Source: Patescibacteria group bacterium
GTDB taxonomy: Bacteria > Patescibacteriota > Patescibacteriia > Patescibacteriales > JBAZCA01
DNA: 64,000 nt
NCBI GenBank assembly: GCA_041661505.1
Contig: JBAZUF010000003.1
Location: 74,772 to 138,771, forward strand
Direction of reading: 5' to 3'
Both the position numbers and the translations under genes were made by a program. This document shows positions 44,601 to 54,324 of this stretch, piece after piece (the first letter of the stretch is position 1; each line of letters starts with the position of its first letter). A model generated the notes under the pieces. That model saw only the letters and a list, made by a program, of their open reading frames with translations, ran no database searches and was not told where the DNA came from.

Positions 44601-46037
44601 ATGAAAATATTTTTAATCGGCTGGGACAATTCGGATGAAGCCTATGTCCGGACGGCGGAGAAATTAAAAAACAGCGGCATCGAAATCGTTTATTGGGTTG
44701 GCGGCGACAGGGAAGAAGGCTATGAAAATTGCCGGAAGATTTTCCCCGGTACAATTTTTCACCGGCGCCAGGACGCAATGCGGGGCAGGCGGCCCAAGGA
44801 GACGGGCGGGAAGAAATTTTTGCCGCCGGGGGAAGATATGATAAGCCGGTTTTATGAAACCGAATCGACGCTCCTCGCGATGAAGAATTTCGAAAAAACG
44901 CCCTTGCCGGGACTGGGAAAAAAAAGGCTGTTTCATGAATTTTTGGAATATTGGCATGGCGTCCTGGATGAATTTAGGCCGGATGCGGTAGTTTTCGGAG
45001 TTTGGCCTCATACCGGATATAATTACGTTGTCTACCAGATGGCGAAGTATTTAAAGATAAAAACCGTGATGTTTGAATACGCGCGGATTGGCGACCGGCT
45101 GCTGCTGATCAATGATTTTACCGAAGGCAGCCGGGAATTAAAAGCCAAGCTGGCCGAAGCGCAAAACCGGGAGATTAAACTCGAAGACTTAAGCGCCGAT
45201 GTCCGAGAATATTATTTAAACGAGACAAGGGACGGAAAATATGAGCTTCCCCCGGACATGCAGATTTTAAGCGGGAGATTCAGGGGATTGCGCTTAGCCC
45301 TTTTAAAAATACAGGCAGTACTTAGAAGCATCGCGGATTTTACCATTCTTAAGAAAATTTTGGAGGCCATAAAAAAGCGAAACAGCAATTTAAAAAAGGA
45401 ATATGAGAGCCTGCAGAAAGAGCCTGATTTCGAAAAAAAATACATTTACGCCGCTATTCATTATCAGCCCGAATGTTCAACCAGCCCTTTGGGCGGAGTT
45501 TTTGTCGATCAGATATTAATGATAAAGATACTGGCGGCGGCGATCCCGGAAAATTGGGAAATTTACGTAAAAGAGCATCCTTACCAGTGGCTCCCCAGCG
45601 GGCTGGCCTACTCGGCCTACCGCTATAAAGGGTATTATGAAGAGATGGCCAAAATCGATAAAGTGAGGCTGGTGCCTGCCAAAACAAACTCCAAGGAATT
45701 GATTAAAAAATCCCAGGCTGTCGCAACAGTTACCGGGACGGCCGGCTGGGAGGCTTTGATTAATTTAATCCCGGCTATAACTTTTGGCCACGCCTGGTAC
45801 CGGGACTGTCCGGGAAATTTTCGGGTAAAAAATGTGCAAACGGCTAGAGAAGCATTAGGCAAAATTAATGCCGGGCGCGGGCTTTCCAAAGGTGAAATTA
45901 TTAGATATTTATTTGCCCTGGATCGGTCAACTTTCCATGCTTACCTCGAAGATGTAGTTAAGCTTCAATCTAAGCTTACTTTGAATGAAAACGCAGAAAA
46001 TATTTCAAGTTCGTTATTAAAAGAATTGAAAACTTAA
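44601..46037 (+). CDS. Capsule-synthesis (KpsC/KpsS-like) family protein, candidate ulosonic-acid transferase
   Basis: YIYAAIHYQPECSTSP..IYVKEHPYQW..VATVTGTAGWEALINLIPAITFGHAWY resembles the Capsule_synth pattern. Second copy in the island. Confidence 0.45.
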   Translation: MKIFLIGWDNSDEAYVRTAEKLKNSGIEIVYWVGGDREEGYENCRKIFPGTIFHRRQDAMRGRRPKETGGKKFLPPGEDMISRFYETESTLLAMKNFEKTPLPGLGKKRLFHEFLEYWHGVLDEFRPDAVVFGVWPHTGYNYVVYQMAKYLKIKTVMFEYARIGDRLLLINDFTEGSRELKAKLAEAQNREIKLEDLSADVREYYLNETRDGKYELPPDMQILSGRFRGLRLALLKIQAVLRSIADFTILKKILEAIKKRNSNLKKEYESLQKEPDFEKKYIYAAIHYQPECSTSPLGGVFVDQILMIKILAAAIPENWEIYVKEHPYQWLPSGLAYSAYRYKGYYEEMAKIDKVRLVPAKTNSKELIKKSQAVATVTGTAGWEALINLIPAITFGHAWYRDCPGNFRVKNVQTAREALGKINAGRGLSKGEIIRYLFALDRSTFHAYLEDVVKLQSKLTLNENAENISSSLLKELKT

Positions 46038-46081
46038 AATATAAATTAAAAATGTCTGATAATACAAATTTTATTCGCTCT

Positions 46082-46102
46082 CCGCACACTGCTAGTGTGC
46101 GG
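46082..46102 (+). other. Perfect 9-bp stem-loop ending 15 nt before ATG 46118 (pseB)
   Basis: CCGCACACT-GCT-AGTGTGCGG. Confidence 0.55.
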
Positions 46103-46117
46103 ATCGTTCAATCATTT

Positions 46118-47143
46118 ATGAATACCGAAATTTTGAAAGATAAAGTGATTTTAATTACCGGCGGAACCGGGTCGTTTGGCCGGGGTTTTGTAGAATTTTT
46201 ACTCAAGAATTCGGAAGCCAGAAAAATAATTATCTTCAGCCGCGACGAATTGAAGCAGTTTCATATGGAAAACGAATTGCGCGAATATAGCGACCGGCTA
46301 AGATTTTTTTTGGGAGACATCCGGGACAAGGACCGGCTCCAGCGCGCTTTCCGGGGGGTGAATATCGTCATCCATGCCGCGGCCTTAAAGCAGGTGCCTA
46401 CTTTAGAATATAACCCCTTTGAAGCGGTAAAAACCAATATCATCGGCTCGCAAAACGTAATTGAAGCCGCCATTGACCAGGGCGTGGACAAAGCAGTGTT
46501 TATTTCTACCGACAAGGCGGCCCAGCCGGCCAATCTTTACGGCTCAACCAAGCACTGCGCGGAAAAACTTTTCGTTAACGCCGGCTCTTACTCCGGCGGG
46601 CGTACGACTTTTTCTTCCGTCCGTTACGGCAATGTGATTGGGAGCCGGGGAAGCATAGTCGAAGTATTGATGAAGAACCGGAATTTGGAAAGAGTGAGGG
46701 TTACCCACGCAGAAATGACCCGGTTTTGGATTACCCTGGATCAGAGTTTCGGGCTGGTCCTTTTTGCCCTGGAACATATGCGCGGCGGGGAAATTTTTAT
46801 TCCCAAAATTCCCAGCATGAAATTGATTGATCTTTTTGAGGCATTAGCGCCAAACGCAGTAAAAGAAATAGTCGGCATCCGGCCAGGAGAAAAACTCCAT
46901 GAAGCGCTAATCACCGCCGAGGAGTCCCGCCATACATTAGAACTCGATAATCATTTTGTGATTCTTCCCGAGTTTAAAAAGACCCCCCATACTGACAGGG
47001 TAATCGGTGAGCGCTACGGCCATTTTTTTGAAAAGGGAAAAAAATTGCCTGAAGACTATTGCTACTTAAGTAATAATAATCCCCATGTGCTCACCCCGGA
47101 GGAGTTCCGGCAAATCGTTAATGACTTATTCTCAAGCCTATAA
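46118..47143 (+). CDS. pseB: UDP-N-acetylglucosamine 4,6-dehydratase (inverting), PseB-like
   Basis: MNTEILKDKVILITGGTGSFG, FLGDIRD, VIHAAALKQVP, STDKAA, YGSTKHCAEK, followed directly by pseC. Start moved from 46052 to ATG 46118: the skipped 66 nt contain a perfect 9-bp hairpin. Confidence 0.75.
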   Translation: MNTEILKDKVILITGGTGSFGRGFVEFLLKNSEARKIIIFSRDELKQFHMENELREYSDRLRFFLGDIRDKDRLQRAFRGVNIVIHAAALKQVPTLEYNPFEAVKTNIIGSQNVIEAAIDQGVDKAVFISTDKAAQPANLYGSTKHCAEKLFVNAGSYSGGRTTFSSVRYGNVIGSRGSIVEVLMKNRNLERVRVTHAEMTRFWITLDQSFGLVLFALEHMRGGEIFIPKIPSMKLIDLFEALAPNAVKEIVGIRPGEKLHEALITAEESRHTLELDNHFVILPEFKKTPHTDRVIGERYGHFFEKGKKLPEDYCYLSNNNPHVLTPEEFRQIVNDLFSSL

Positions 47144-47144
47144 T

Positions 47145-48260
47145 ATGATTCCTTACGGCCGCCAGTCAATCGATAAAAAGGACATAGAGGCAGTGCTTAG
47201 CGTATTAAAATCGGCTTGGCTCACCCAAGGGCCGAAGGTTTTGGAGTTTGAAAAAGCTTTAGCCGAATACTGCGGGGCTAAATTCGCGGTCGCGGTTTCA
47301 AACGGAACTTCCGCCCTGCATCTGGCCTATCTGGCCGCCGGCATAAAAAAAGGCGACGAGGTAATTACTACCCCAAACACTTTTGCCGCCACCTCGAATA
47401 TGATTTTAGCAGTTGGCGCCAAACCGATTTTTTCCGACATCCGCCTGGATACTTATAATATTGACGAAAAAAAAATCGAGAAAGCAGTGAAAAAAAACAC
47501 CAAGGCGATTGTTCCGGTGCATTTTGCCGGCCAGGCCTGTGAAATGGAAGTGATTAATAAACTGGCTAAAAAGAAAAAGCTAATGGTTATTGAGGATGCC
47601 TGCCACGCCCTTGGAGCCAAATATAAAAATAGTAAAATCGGCCGTTGCAAGTTTTCCGATATGGCGGTTTTTAGCTTCCACCCGGTTAAAAATATAACTA
47701 CCGGCGAAGGCGGAGCGATAATGACCAACAGCGAGGCATTATATAAAAAGCTTGTTTCCCTGCGAAGCCATGGCATTTATAAAGACTCTAAAGGGAAAAA
47801 CGTTATGGTAGAGCTCGGGTATAACTACCGCATTACCGATTTCCAATGCGCGCTAGGCCTTTCCCAACTAAAGAGGCTGGACCGGATGGTGCGGGAAAGA
47901 AGAAAGATTGTTGGATGGTATAAAAAAGAAATGGCCGGAATAGAAGAAATTATATTGCCCAAGGAATTGGCCGGTAATTATTCCGCTTGGCACATTTACG
48001 TGATTAGAGTAAAAAATGCCCGGCTGCGGGACAAACTGTCGACCCATCTGAAAAGAAAGGGGATTGGAGCGAATTTTCATTATCCGGCGGTTTATTCGCA
48101 TCCATATTATAAAAAACTCGGATATAAGAAAAAAGGAATGGCGAATGAAGAAGTTTACCAGAATTCCTGCATTACTCTGCCGTGTTTTGTCGGTTTAACT
48201 AGAAAAGATGCGGGTTATGTCGCAAAGACCATTAAAGAATTTCTCCATGAAAAACACTAA
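47145..48260 (+). CDS. pseC: UDP-4-amino-4,6-dideoxy-N-acetyl-beta-L-altrosamine transaminase, PseC-like
   Basis: MIPYGRQSIDKKDIEAV..LTQGPKV is the characteristic PseC start. EDACHALGA, SFHPVKNITTGEGG (PLP Lys). The ATG lies 1 nt after the pseB stop. Confidence 0.8.
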   Translation: MIPYGRQSIDKKDIEAVLSVLKSAWLTQGPKVLEFEKALAEYCGAKFAVAVSNGTSALHLAYLAAGIKKGDEVITTPNTFAATSNMILAVGAKPIFSDIRLDTYNIDEKKIEKAVKKNTKAIVPVHFAGQACEMEVINKLAKKKKLMVIEDACHALGAKYKNSKIGRCKFSDMAVFSFHPVKNITTGEGGAIMTNSEALYKKLVSLRSHGIYKDSKGKNVMVELGYNYRITDFQCALGLSQLKRLDRMVRERRKIVGWYKKEMAGIEEIILPKELAGNYSAWHIYVIRVKNARLRDKLSTHLKRKGIGANFHYPAVYSHPYYKKLGYKKKGMANEEVYQNSCITLPCFVGLTRKDAGYVAKTIKEFLHEKH

Positions 48261-49191
48261 TATAATTATTGCCGGCTTCGGCTCAATCGGCCAAAGGCAC
48301 TACAAAAATTTAAAAACCCTGGGCTATAAAAACCTTTGGGTTTATGATCCATACATAAGCCAGCCAGGCAGAGAGGTGAAGCTGTTAAAAAAGTTAGATG
48401 AGAAAGAGCTAAAAAGCTTTGATATCGCTTTTATATGCAACCCCAACCAGCTTCATGTTGAAGCGGCATTAGCCTGCGCTAAAGCCGGGTGCCATTTATT
48501 TATTGAAAAGCCGTTATCACATAAACTGGAGAATGTAGAAAAATTGGCTAAAATTTGCCAAAAAAACAAATTAGTAAATATGGTTGCCTGCAATATGCGT
48601 TTTCATCCGGCCCTGAAATTTATAAAAAAATACCTGGAAGATGGTAAAATCGGCAAAATTCATAGCCTGCAGCTACAGACCGGCTATTTTCTTCCTTTCT
48701 GGCGCCCAAATTCCGATTACCGAAAAAATTATGCCGCCAAGAAAAAGACCGGCGGCGGCATAATTTTAGACGGGATTCATAATTTTGATTTATTATTCTG
48801 GCTAAACGATTTTAATAGGGTAAAAAAATCCAGTTTAGTGTACGACCGGGTAGGGAGCTTGGAAATTGAGACTGAAGATAATTTTGTGGCCGGTTTTGTA
48901 TTTCAAAATAAAGTTATGGGGTCCGTAATCGGCGACTATTTGCAGAAGGCTTATTCCTGGACAGCAAAAGTAGTCGGGGAGAAGGGAAACCTCGCTTGGG
49001 ATTTTAAAGAAAATATAGTCTGGCTCGCTGACGAAAAAGGAAAAAATAAATTATGGTCAATAAAAAATTACGACCCAAACAAGATGTACGCGGAAGAAAC
49101 AAAATATTTTCTAGACTGCGTTAGATCCAGGAAAAAAACTTTTAATGATATTACACGGGCGGCTGACGTATTAAAATATTGCCTAAAGTGA
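48247..49191 (+). CDS. Gfo/Idh/MocA family oxidoreductase
   Basis: NIIIAGFGSIGQRHYKNL, IEKPLSH. Paralog of 37272-38225. Start moved to ATG 48247 (14-nt overlap with pseC). Confidence 0.65.
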   Translation: MKNTNIIIAGFGSIGQRHYKNLKTLGYKNLWVYDPYISQPGREVKLLKKLDEKELKSFDIAFICNPNQLHVEAALACAKAGCHLFIEKPLSHKLENVEKLAKICQKNKLVNMVACNMRFHPALKFIKKYLEDGKIGKIHSLQLQTGYFLPFWRPNSDYRKNYAAKKKTGGGIILDGIHNFDLLFWLNDFNRVKKSSLVYDRVGSLEIETEDNFVAGFVFQNKVMGSVIGDYLQKAYSWTAKVVGEKGNLAWDFKENIVWLADEKGKNKLWSIKNYDPNKMYAEETKYFLDCVRSRKKTFNDITRAADVLKYCLK

Positions 49192-49269
49192 GTTGTATAA
49201 AAAATGTGTACAGACAGTTAGATGGAATTCTCATTTGTTTTTCATCGCGCTGTGCCCGTTTACTACGTT

Positions 49270-50040
49270 ATGAAAGATAAAGTGCTATGCATAATCCAGG
49301 CAAGGATGGGGTCAAGCCGCTTGCCGGGAAAGGTGCTTTTGGACCTGGCCGGCGAGCCGGTTTTGGCCCGAATTATTGAAAGGGTGAAAAAGTCCAAGTT
49401 AATCGATAAAATAATAATTGCCACGAGCGGAAAAAAAGACGATGATGAAATCGACCGCCTGGGAACAAAGCTCGGCATAGATGTCTTTCGGGGAAGCGAG
49501 AACGACGTGCTGGACAGGTATTATCAGGTGGCGAAACATTACGGTTATGGGCACATCGTCCGCGTAACCGGCGACTGCCCATTAATTGATCCGGGAATAA
49601 TTGACGAAGTTATCAGCTTATACCGCCTGGAAGACGTAGATTACGCGACTAATGTCATACCGCCGACTTACCCGGATGGCTTGGACGCAGAAATTTTTTC
49701 TTTCGCGGCTTTGGAAAAGGCCTGGAGGGAGGCCAAGCTCAATTCCGGCCGGGAGCACGTTACGGTTTATATGTGGCAGAACCCCGGCAAATTCAAGCAA
49801 GCGCATCTAAATAATAGCGTTGATTTATCGGCCAAGCGCTGGGTCCTCGACAATCCGGAAGATTACGAGGTAATGAAAAGTGTGTATGAAAAATTGTATG
49901 CTAATAACCCCGAGTTTAGAATGAAAGATTTGCTTATGTGGTTTGGCCTGCATCCGGAGATTGAAGATTTAAACAAAAAAATCGGACGGAACGAAGGCCT
50001 GGCCAAGTCATTAAAAGAGGATAAAATTATAGATAACTAA
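49270..50040 (+). CDS. Cytidylyltransferase, SpsF/FlmC/PseF-like (CTP_transf_3 superfamily)
   Basis: MKDKVLCIIQARMGSSRLPGKVL is the SpsF-type signature. VRVTGDCPLIDP. Start moved from 49222 to ATG 49270. Confidence 0.7.
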   Translation: MKDKVLCIIQARMGSSRLPGKVLLDLAGEPVLARIIERVKKSKLIDKIIIATSGKKDDDEIDRLGTKLGIDVFRGSENDVLDRYYQVAKHYGYGHIVRVTGDCPLIDPGIIDEVISLYRLEDVDYATNVIPPTYPDGLDAEIFSFAALEKAWREAKLNSGREHVTVYMWQNPGKFKQAHLNNSVDLSAKRWVLDNPEDYEVMKSVYEKLYANNPEFRMKDLLMWFGLHPEIEDLNKKIGRNEGLAKSLKEDKIIDN

Positions 50041-50052
50041 TAATAACCGAAT

Positions 50053-51342
50053 ATGAATTTCACGCGCTCAAACCAATTATTAAAAAAGGCGAAAAAATTA
50101 ATCCCCAACGCCACCCAAACCCTTTCTAAGGGCTATAAGATGTTTACCGAAGGCGAGTTTCCCTTGTTCGTTTCCAAAGCCAAAGGATGCTATATTTGGG
50201 ACGCTGACGGCAACAAATATATCGACTATACCTGCGCGCTCGCGCCGATAATCCTCGGCTACAGCGTTAACGAGATAAATTCTGCCATCAAAAAACAGCT
50301 GGAAAATGGGATTACTTATTCGCTTCCGCATAAGCTGGAAGTAGAATTGGCCGAAAAGCTTATAGAAATTATTCCTTGCGCCGATATGGTGCGTTTCGTG
50401 AAGAACGGCGTTGACGCGACTTCGGCGGCGGTGCGCATTGCCCGGGCTTATACCGGAAAAGAAATAGTCTTGCGCGGCGGCTACCACGGCGCCCAAGACT
50501 GGTATTTGGCTTCGCAGCCGCCCCAGGATTTAGGCGTGCCGAAAACGATGAAGAAGTTAATCGACATTTTTAAATATAATGACATTAAGGATTTTAAAGC
50601 GAAAATAAATAAGCACAAAGGAAAAATTGCCGCCGTCATAATGGAGCCGGTGCCGATGGCTGATCCAAAACCAGGTTATTTGGAAGAAATAAGAAGGATA
50701 ACCAAAAAAGAGGGAATAGTATTAATTTTTGACGAAATCGTAACCGGCTTCAGAATGTCTTTGGGCGGCGCCCAGGAATACTACGGAGTCATTCCGGATT
50801 TGGCTTGTTTTGGCAAAGCCATGGCTAACGGCATGCCCATCTCTTGCGTCGTGGGGAGCCGAAAAATCATGGAAAAAACCGAAGAGGTTTTTGTTTCCAC
50901 TACCTTTGGCGGCGAAACTTTGTCCATGGCCGCCAGCCTGGCCACCATTGATTTCATTATAAAAAATAAGGTAATAAAACACACCTGGAAGGTCGGCGGA
51001 ATACTATACCGCGGCCTGGAAGCCCTAATAAAAAAATACGGGATCAAAGCCCATTTAATCGGCCAGGAATTTAAATTCAAATTGATCTTTGACAATCCGG
51101 ACAAAACAGAATCAACTGCCAAGAAATTATATTTTCTCCAGCAGTCGGCCTACCGCGGCGTGTTCTGGGGCACAGTAATTACTTTTAACTTTAGCCATAA
51201 AGAAAAAGACATAAAATTTACTCTGAAAGCAGCCGAGGAAGTGTTTAGGAAAATGAGGGCGTTAAATGATGACGAAAACGAGATAAAAAAATTGGTTAAA
51301 GGAAAAATTCCGGTTAACAAATTTTTAAGAGACCAAAGATGA
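50053..51342 (+). CDS. Class III aminotransferase (glutamate-1-semialdehyde aminomutase-like)
   Basis: DADGNKYIDY, VKNGVDATSAAVRIAR, FDEIVTGFR, FGKAMANG (PLP Lys). Confidence 0.75.
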   Translation: MNFTRSNQLLKKAKKLIPNATQTLSKGYKMFTEGEFPLFVSKAKGCYIWDADGNKYIDYTCALAPIILGYSVNEINSAIKKQLENGITYSLPHKLEVELAEKLIEIIPCADMVRFVKNGVDATSAAVRIARAYTGKEIVLRGGYHGAQDWYLASQPPQDLGVPKTMKKLIDIFKYNDIKDFKAKINKHKGKIAAVIMEPVPMADPKPGYLEEIRRITKKEGIVLIFDEIVTGFRMSLGGAQEYYGVIPDLACFGKAMANGMPISCVVGSRKIMEKTEEVFVSTTFGGETLSMAASLATIDFIIKNKVIKHTWKVGGILYRGLEALIKKYGIKAHLIGQEFKFKLIFDNPDKTESTAKKLYFLQQSAYRGVFWGTVITFNFSHKEKDIKFTLKAAEEVFRKMRALNDDENEIKKLVKGKIPVNKFLRDQR

Positions 51343-52034
51343 AAGTATCCATATTCCAGCCAACTTATCTGCCCTGGCTCGGATTTTTTAAGGTGATTGA
51401 TTGGGCCGAAACGTATGTCATTTTAGACCACGTCCAGTTTGAGCATCACTCCTGGCAGCACCGCAATCGGATAAAAGGCCAAAACGGGGCGCTAACTCTA
51501 ACCGTCCCGATCGTGAGAGAATTCGGACAAAACATAAATAAAGTAAAAATTTGCTATGATAAAAATTGGATAAAAAAGCATTTAGATTCAGTACGGATGA
51601 ATTATTCCAAGGTACCGTATTTTCAAGATTTTTATCCGCTTTTGGAGAGTTATTATGCCAATCCGCCGGAAAAGCTCATCGACTTGAATCTGCGGATAAT
51701 AAAAGGGCTGTGCGAATATTTAGGCATTAATACTGAATTTGTCCTTTCATCCGGACTTGGCGCAGGAGATTTAAGAAAAAATGAATTATTAATCGACATT
51801 TTAAAAAAAACTCGCGCAGCCGAGTATCTCTATGCGGCCGGAGCGGCCGAGTATATGAACGAGGCGAAGGCCCTATATGAGGCCGCCGGCATAAAGCTCA
51901 TTCCGCTAGAGTTTGAACATCCGGTCTATAATCAGCCGCACGGCGGGTTTATTTCCCATCTTTCGATAATTGATATAATATTTAATTTGGGGAAAGAAAA
52001 AACTATCGAAATAATTAAGGAAATAAAATTATAA
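51339..52034 (+). CDS. WbqC family protein (function unknown)
   Basis: MKVSIFQPTYLPWLGFFKVIDWAETYVILDHVQF..WQHRNRI matches the WbqC-like signature. ATGA overlap. Confidence 0.7.
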   Translation: MKVSIFQPTYLPWLGFFKVIDWAETYVILDHVQFEHHSWQHRNRIKGQNGALTLTVPIVREFGQNINKVKICYDKNWIKKHLDSVRMNYSKVPYFQDFYPLLESYYANPPEKLIDLNLRIIKGLCEYLGINTEFVLSSGLGAGDLRKNELLIDILKKTRAAEYLYAAGAAEYMNEAKALYEAAGIKLIPLEFEHPVYNQPHGGFISHLSIIDIIFNLGKEKTIEIIKEIKL

Positions 52035-52049
52035 TATAAAAAATCATAT

Positions 52050-53192
52050 ATGGAAATACAAAAATCCCAAGAAGATAATAATGAGGCCAAGAGAAAATTG
52101 AATTACTTAAGTTTTATTTATAATGCCACCCACCCCAACCCGGCCGCGGCCAGCCCGCCGCACCAGGTTTATATTGAAATGACCAATGTCTGCAACTTGC
52201 GCTGCCTGCATTGCCCGCAAAGCACTATGCGCAGAAGGCCGCAATATATGGATATGGGGCTTTTCGAAAAAGTAGTAAAAGATTTAGCGCCGGGCTTGCC
52301 CTTTGTTGACTTGTATATGCAAGGAGAATCACTTCTTCATCCGAAAATTGTTGAAGCCGTAAAGATTTGTGCCGAAAACGGATTAAAGCCCCGGATTACG
52401 ACCAACGCCACTTTGTTAACCAAAGAGCTGTCAAAAAAATTGATCGGAGCCGGACTAAATAAAATCGAGTTTTCTTTGAGCGGGGTAACCAAAAAGACTT
52501 ATGAAGAAATGCACCGGGGGGCGATTTATGAAAAAACTTTAAACAACATTTTGGATTTTTTGGAGTTAAACGCCGAAGCCGGCTTTCCGGTTCATACCCG
52601 GCCGGTTTTTGTTGAAGAGGAAAAAACCAAGGCCGATAAAGAGCGATATTTATATTTATTTTCTAAGCTGCCTTTAGATGATGTTTACGTGAGCCCTCTA
52701 ATTAATATGTTTGGCTGGAACAAAGAGATAAATTTAAACCCTTTTAAATCAAAGCCGAGGGAAGAATGGCCGGTCTGCAAATGCCCTTGGCGGCAATTCG
52801 GCATAAACGCCGATGGCAGCGTCCGGGCCTGCATTTTTGATTACGATTCGCGCTATCTAATCGGCGACGCCAACGAATCGAATGTCTTAGAACTGTGGAA
52901 CGGCGAGGCTATGCAGAAATTCAGAAAAACCGTTATCGACCGGCGTTATGAGGATTTTGACAAGCCGGGATTGCCTTTATGCACCGAATGTTCGCAAATT
53001 TGGCCAACCGGCGACGATTCGCGGGATACGACCCAGTGGCCGAAAGATTTTGTGAAAGAAATGGAGCACTTTTTTTCGAGCCACGAGCCCCTAATGAAAG
53101 CCAAATACGCCAAAACCGGAGAGAAAGAAAAAAAATGGGGATATTTGAAGAATCATCGGGCCCAATGGATGGACGAAGCGCTGGGGAATTGA
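52050..53192 (+). CDS. Radical SAM protein with C-terminal SPASM-like Cys cluster
   Basis: YIEMTNVCNLRCLHCPQ (Cx3Cx2C). C-terminal CKCPW..GSVRACIFD..LCTECSQ cysteine cluster. Confidence 0.75.
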   Translation: MEIQKSQEDNNEAKRKLNYLSFIYNATHPNPAAASPPHQVYIEMTNVCNLRCLHCPQSTMRRRPQYMDMGLFEKVVKDLAPGLPFVDLYMQGESLLHPKIVEAVKICAENGLKPRITTNATLLTKELSKKLIGAGLNKIEFSLSGVTKKTYEEMHRGAIYEKTLNNILDFLELNAEAGFPVHTRPVFVEEEKTKADKERYLYLFSKLPLDDVYVSPLINMFGWNKEINLNPFKSKPREEWPVCKCPWRQFGINADGSVRACIFDYDSRYLIGDANESNVLELWNGEAMQKFRKTVIDRRYEDFDKPGLPLCTECSQIWPTGDDSRDTTQWPKDFVKEMEHFFSSHEPLMKAKYAKTGEKEKKWGYLKNHRAQWMDEALGN

Positions 53193-53261
53193 TGTGCGGG
53201 AAATCCGATGCCAACGATAATAACGCGTAGAGTTATGCAGGCCGGATTGGCCAGTAAGATT

Positions 53262-54323
53262 ATGAAAAACCTAGTAATTAAAACGCCAAGAGGAGAAAGG
53301 ATTATCGGCCCGGGCCAACGCGTCTTTATTATTGCCGAAATGTCGGGGAACCATAACCAGTCAATCGATCGCGCTTATGAAATTATTGACGCGGCGGCCG
53401 AAGCCGGGGTGGACGCGATAAAACTGCAGACTTATACCGCGGATACCATTACCATCAATTGCGATAATGAATATTTCCGGATTAAAGAAAGCGAACTTTG
53501 GTCCGGCCAAACCTTATATGAGCTTTACCAAAAAGCCTATACGCCTTGGGATTGGCAGCCCAAGCTGAAAGATTACGCGGAAAAAAAAGGTTTAATATTT
53601 TTTTCTACGCCTTTTGACGAAACCAGCGTGGATTTTTTGGAAAAGATGAATGTCGGACTATATAAAATTGCGTCGCTGGAAATCGTTGACATTCCGCTTT
53701 TAAAGAGGGTGGCTAAAACCGGCAAACCGGTGATAATGTCCAGGGGAGCGTCAACTATAGCGGATATTGAACTGGCTTTGAAAACCTTGAAAGAAAACGG
53801 ATCCGGGCCGGTTGCGGTTTTGCATTGCTTAAGCTCTTATCCGGCCGAATCCGAAACCATGAATTTAAAAACCATCAAAGATATCATGGAGAAGTTTGAT
53901 GTCGTGAGCGGTTTATCCGATCATTCTTTGGATAGGGAAGTTGATATCGCCTCAATCGCTTTGGGCGCCTCTATAATCGAAAAACATTTTACTCTTTCGC
54001 GCGAGGAAGGAGTAGACGCATCCTTCTCGCTTCTGCCGAAAGAAATGAAGGAATTGGTGAAAGCAATTAGAAAAACCGAGGATGCCTTAGGAGAACCATT
54101 TTACGGAACAGCAAAAGGCGAAGAAGAAAGCGTTCTTTTCAGAAAATCGCTTTTTGTTGTTTTAGATATTAAGAAGGGGGAGAAGTTTACCAAAGATAAT
54201 ATCCGTTCTATCCGGCCGGGGCAAGGCCTCCATCCTAAATATTATGAAGATATTCTGGGAAAGGCCGCCAAAAATAATTTGGTTAAGGGAACGCCATTAT
54301 CCTGGGAATTAGTTGAAAAATAA
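53262..54323 (+). CDS. pseI: Pseudaminic acid synthase, PseI-like (NeuB family)
   Basis: VFIIAEMSGNHNQS, DAIKLQTYTADTIT, LYELYQKAYTPWDW, KIASLE, LSDHS, IEKHFT, IRSIRPGQGLHPKYYEDILGK. Alternative starts at 53208 and 53235 cannot be excluded. Confidence 0.85.
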   Translation: MKNLVIKTPRGERIIGPGQRVFIIAEMSGNHNQSIDRAYEIIDAAAEAGVDAIKLQTYTADTITINCDNEYFRIKESELWSGQTLYELYQKAYTPWDWQPKLKDYAEKKGLIFFSTPFDETSVDFLEKMNVGLYKIASLEIVDIPLLKRVAKTGKPVIMSRGASTIADIELALKTLKENGSGPVAVLHCLSSYPAESETMNLKTIKDIMEKFDVVSGLSDHSLDREVDIASIALGASIIEKHFTLSREEGVDASFSLLPKEMKELVKAIRKTEDALGEPFYGTAKGEEESVLFRKSLFVVLDIKKGEKFTKDNIRSIRPGQGLHPKYYEDILGKAAKNNLVKGTPLSWELVEK

Positions 54324-54324
54324 T

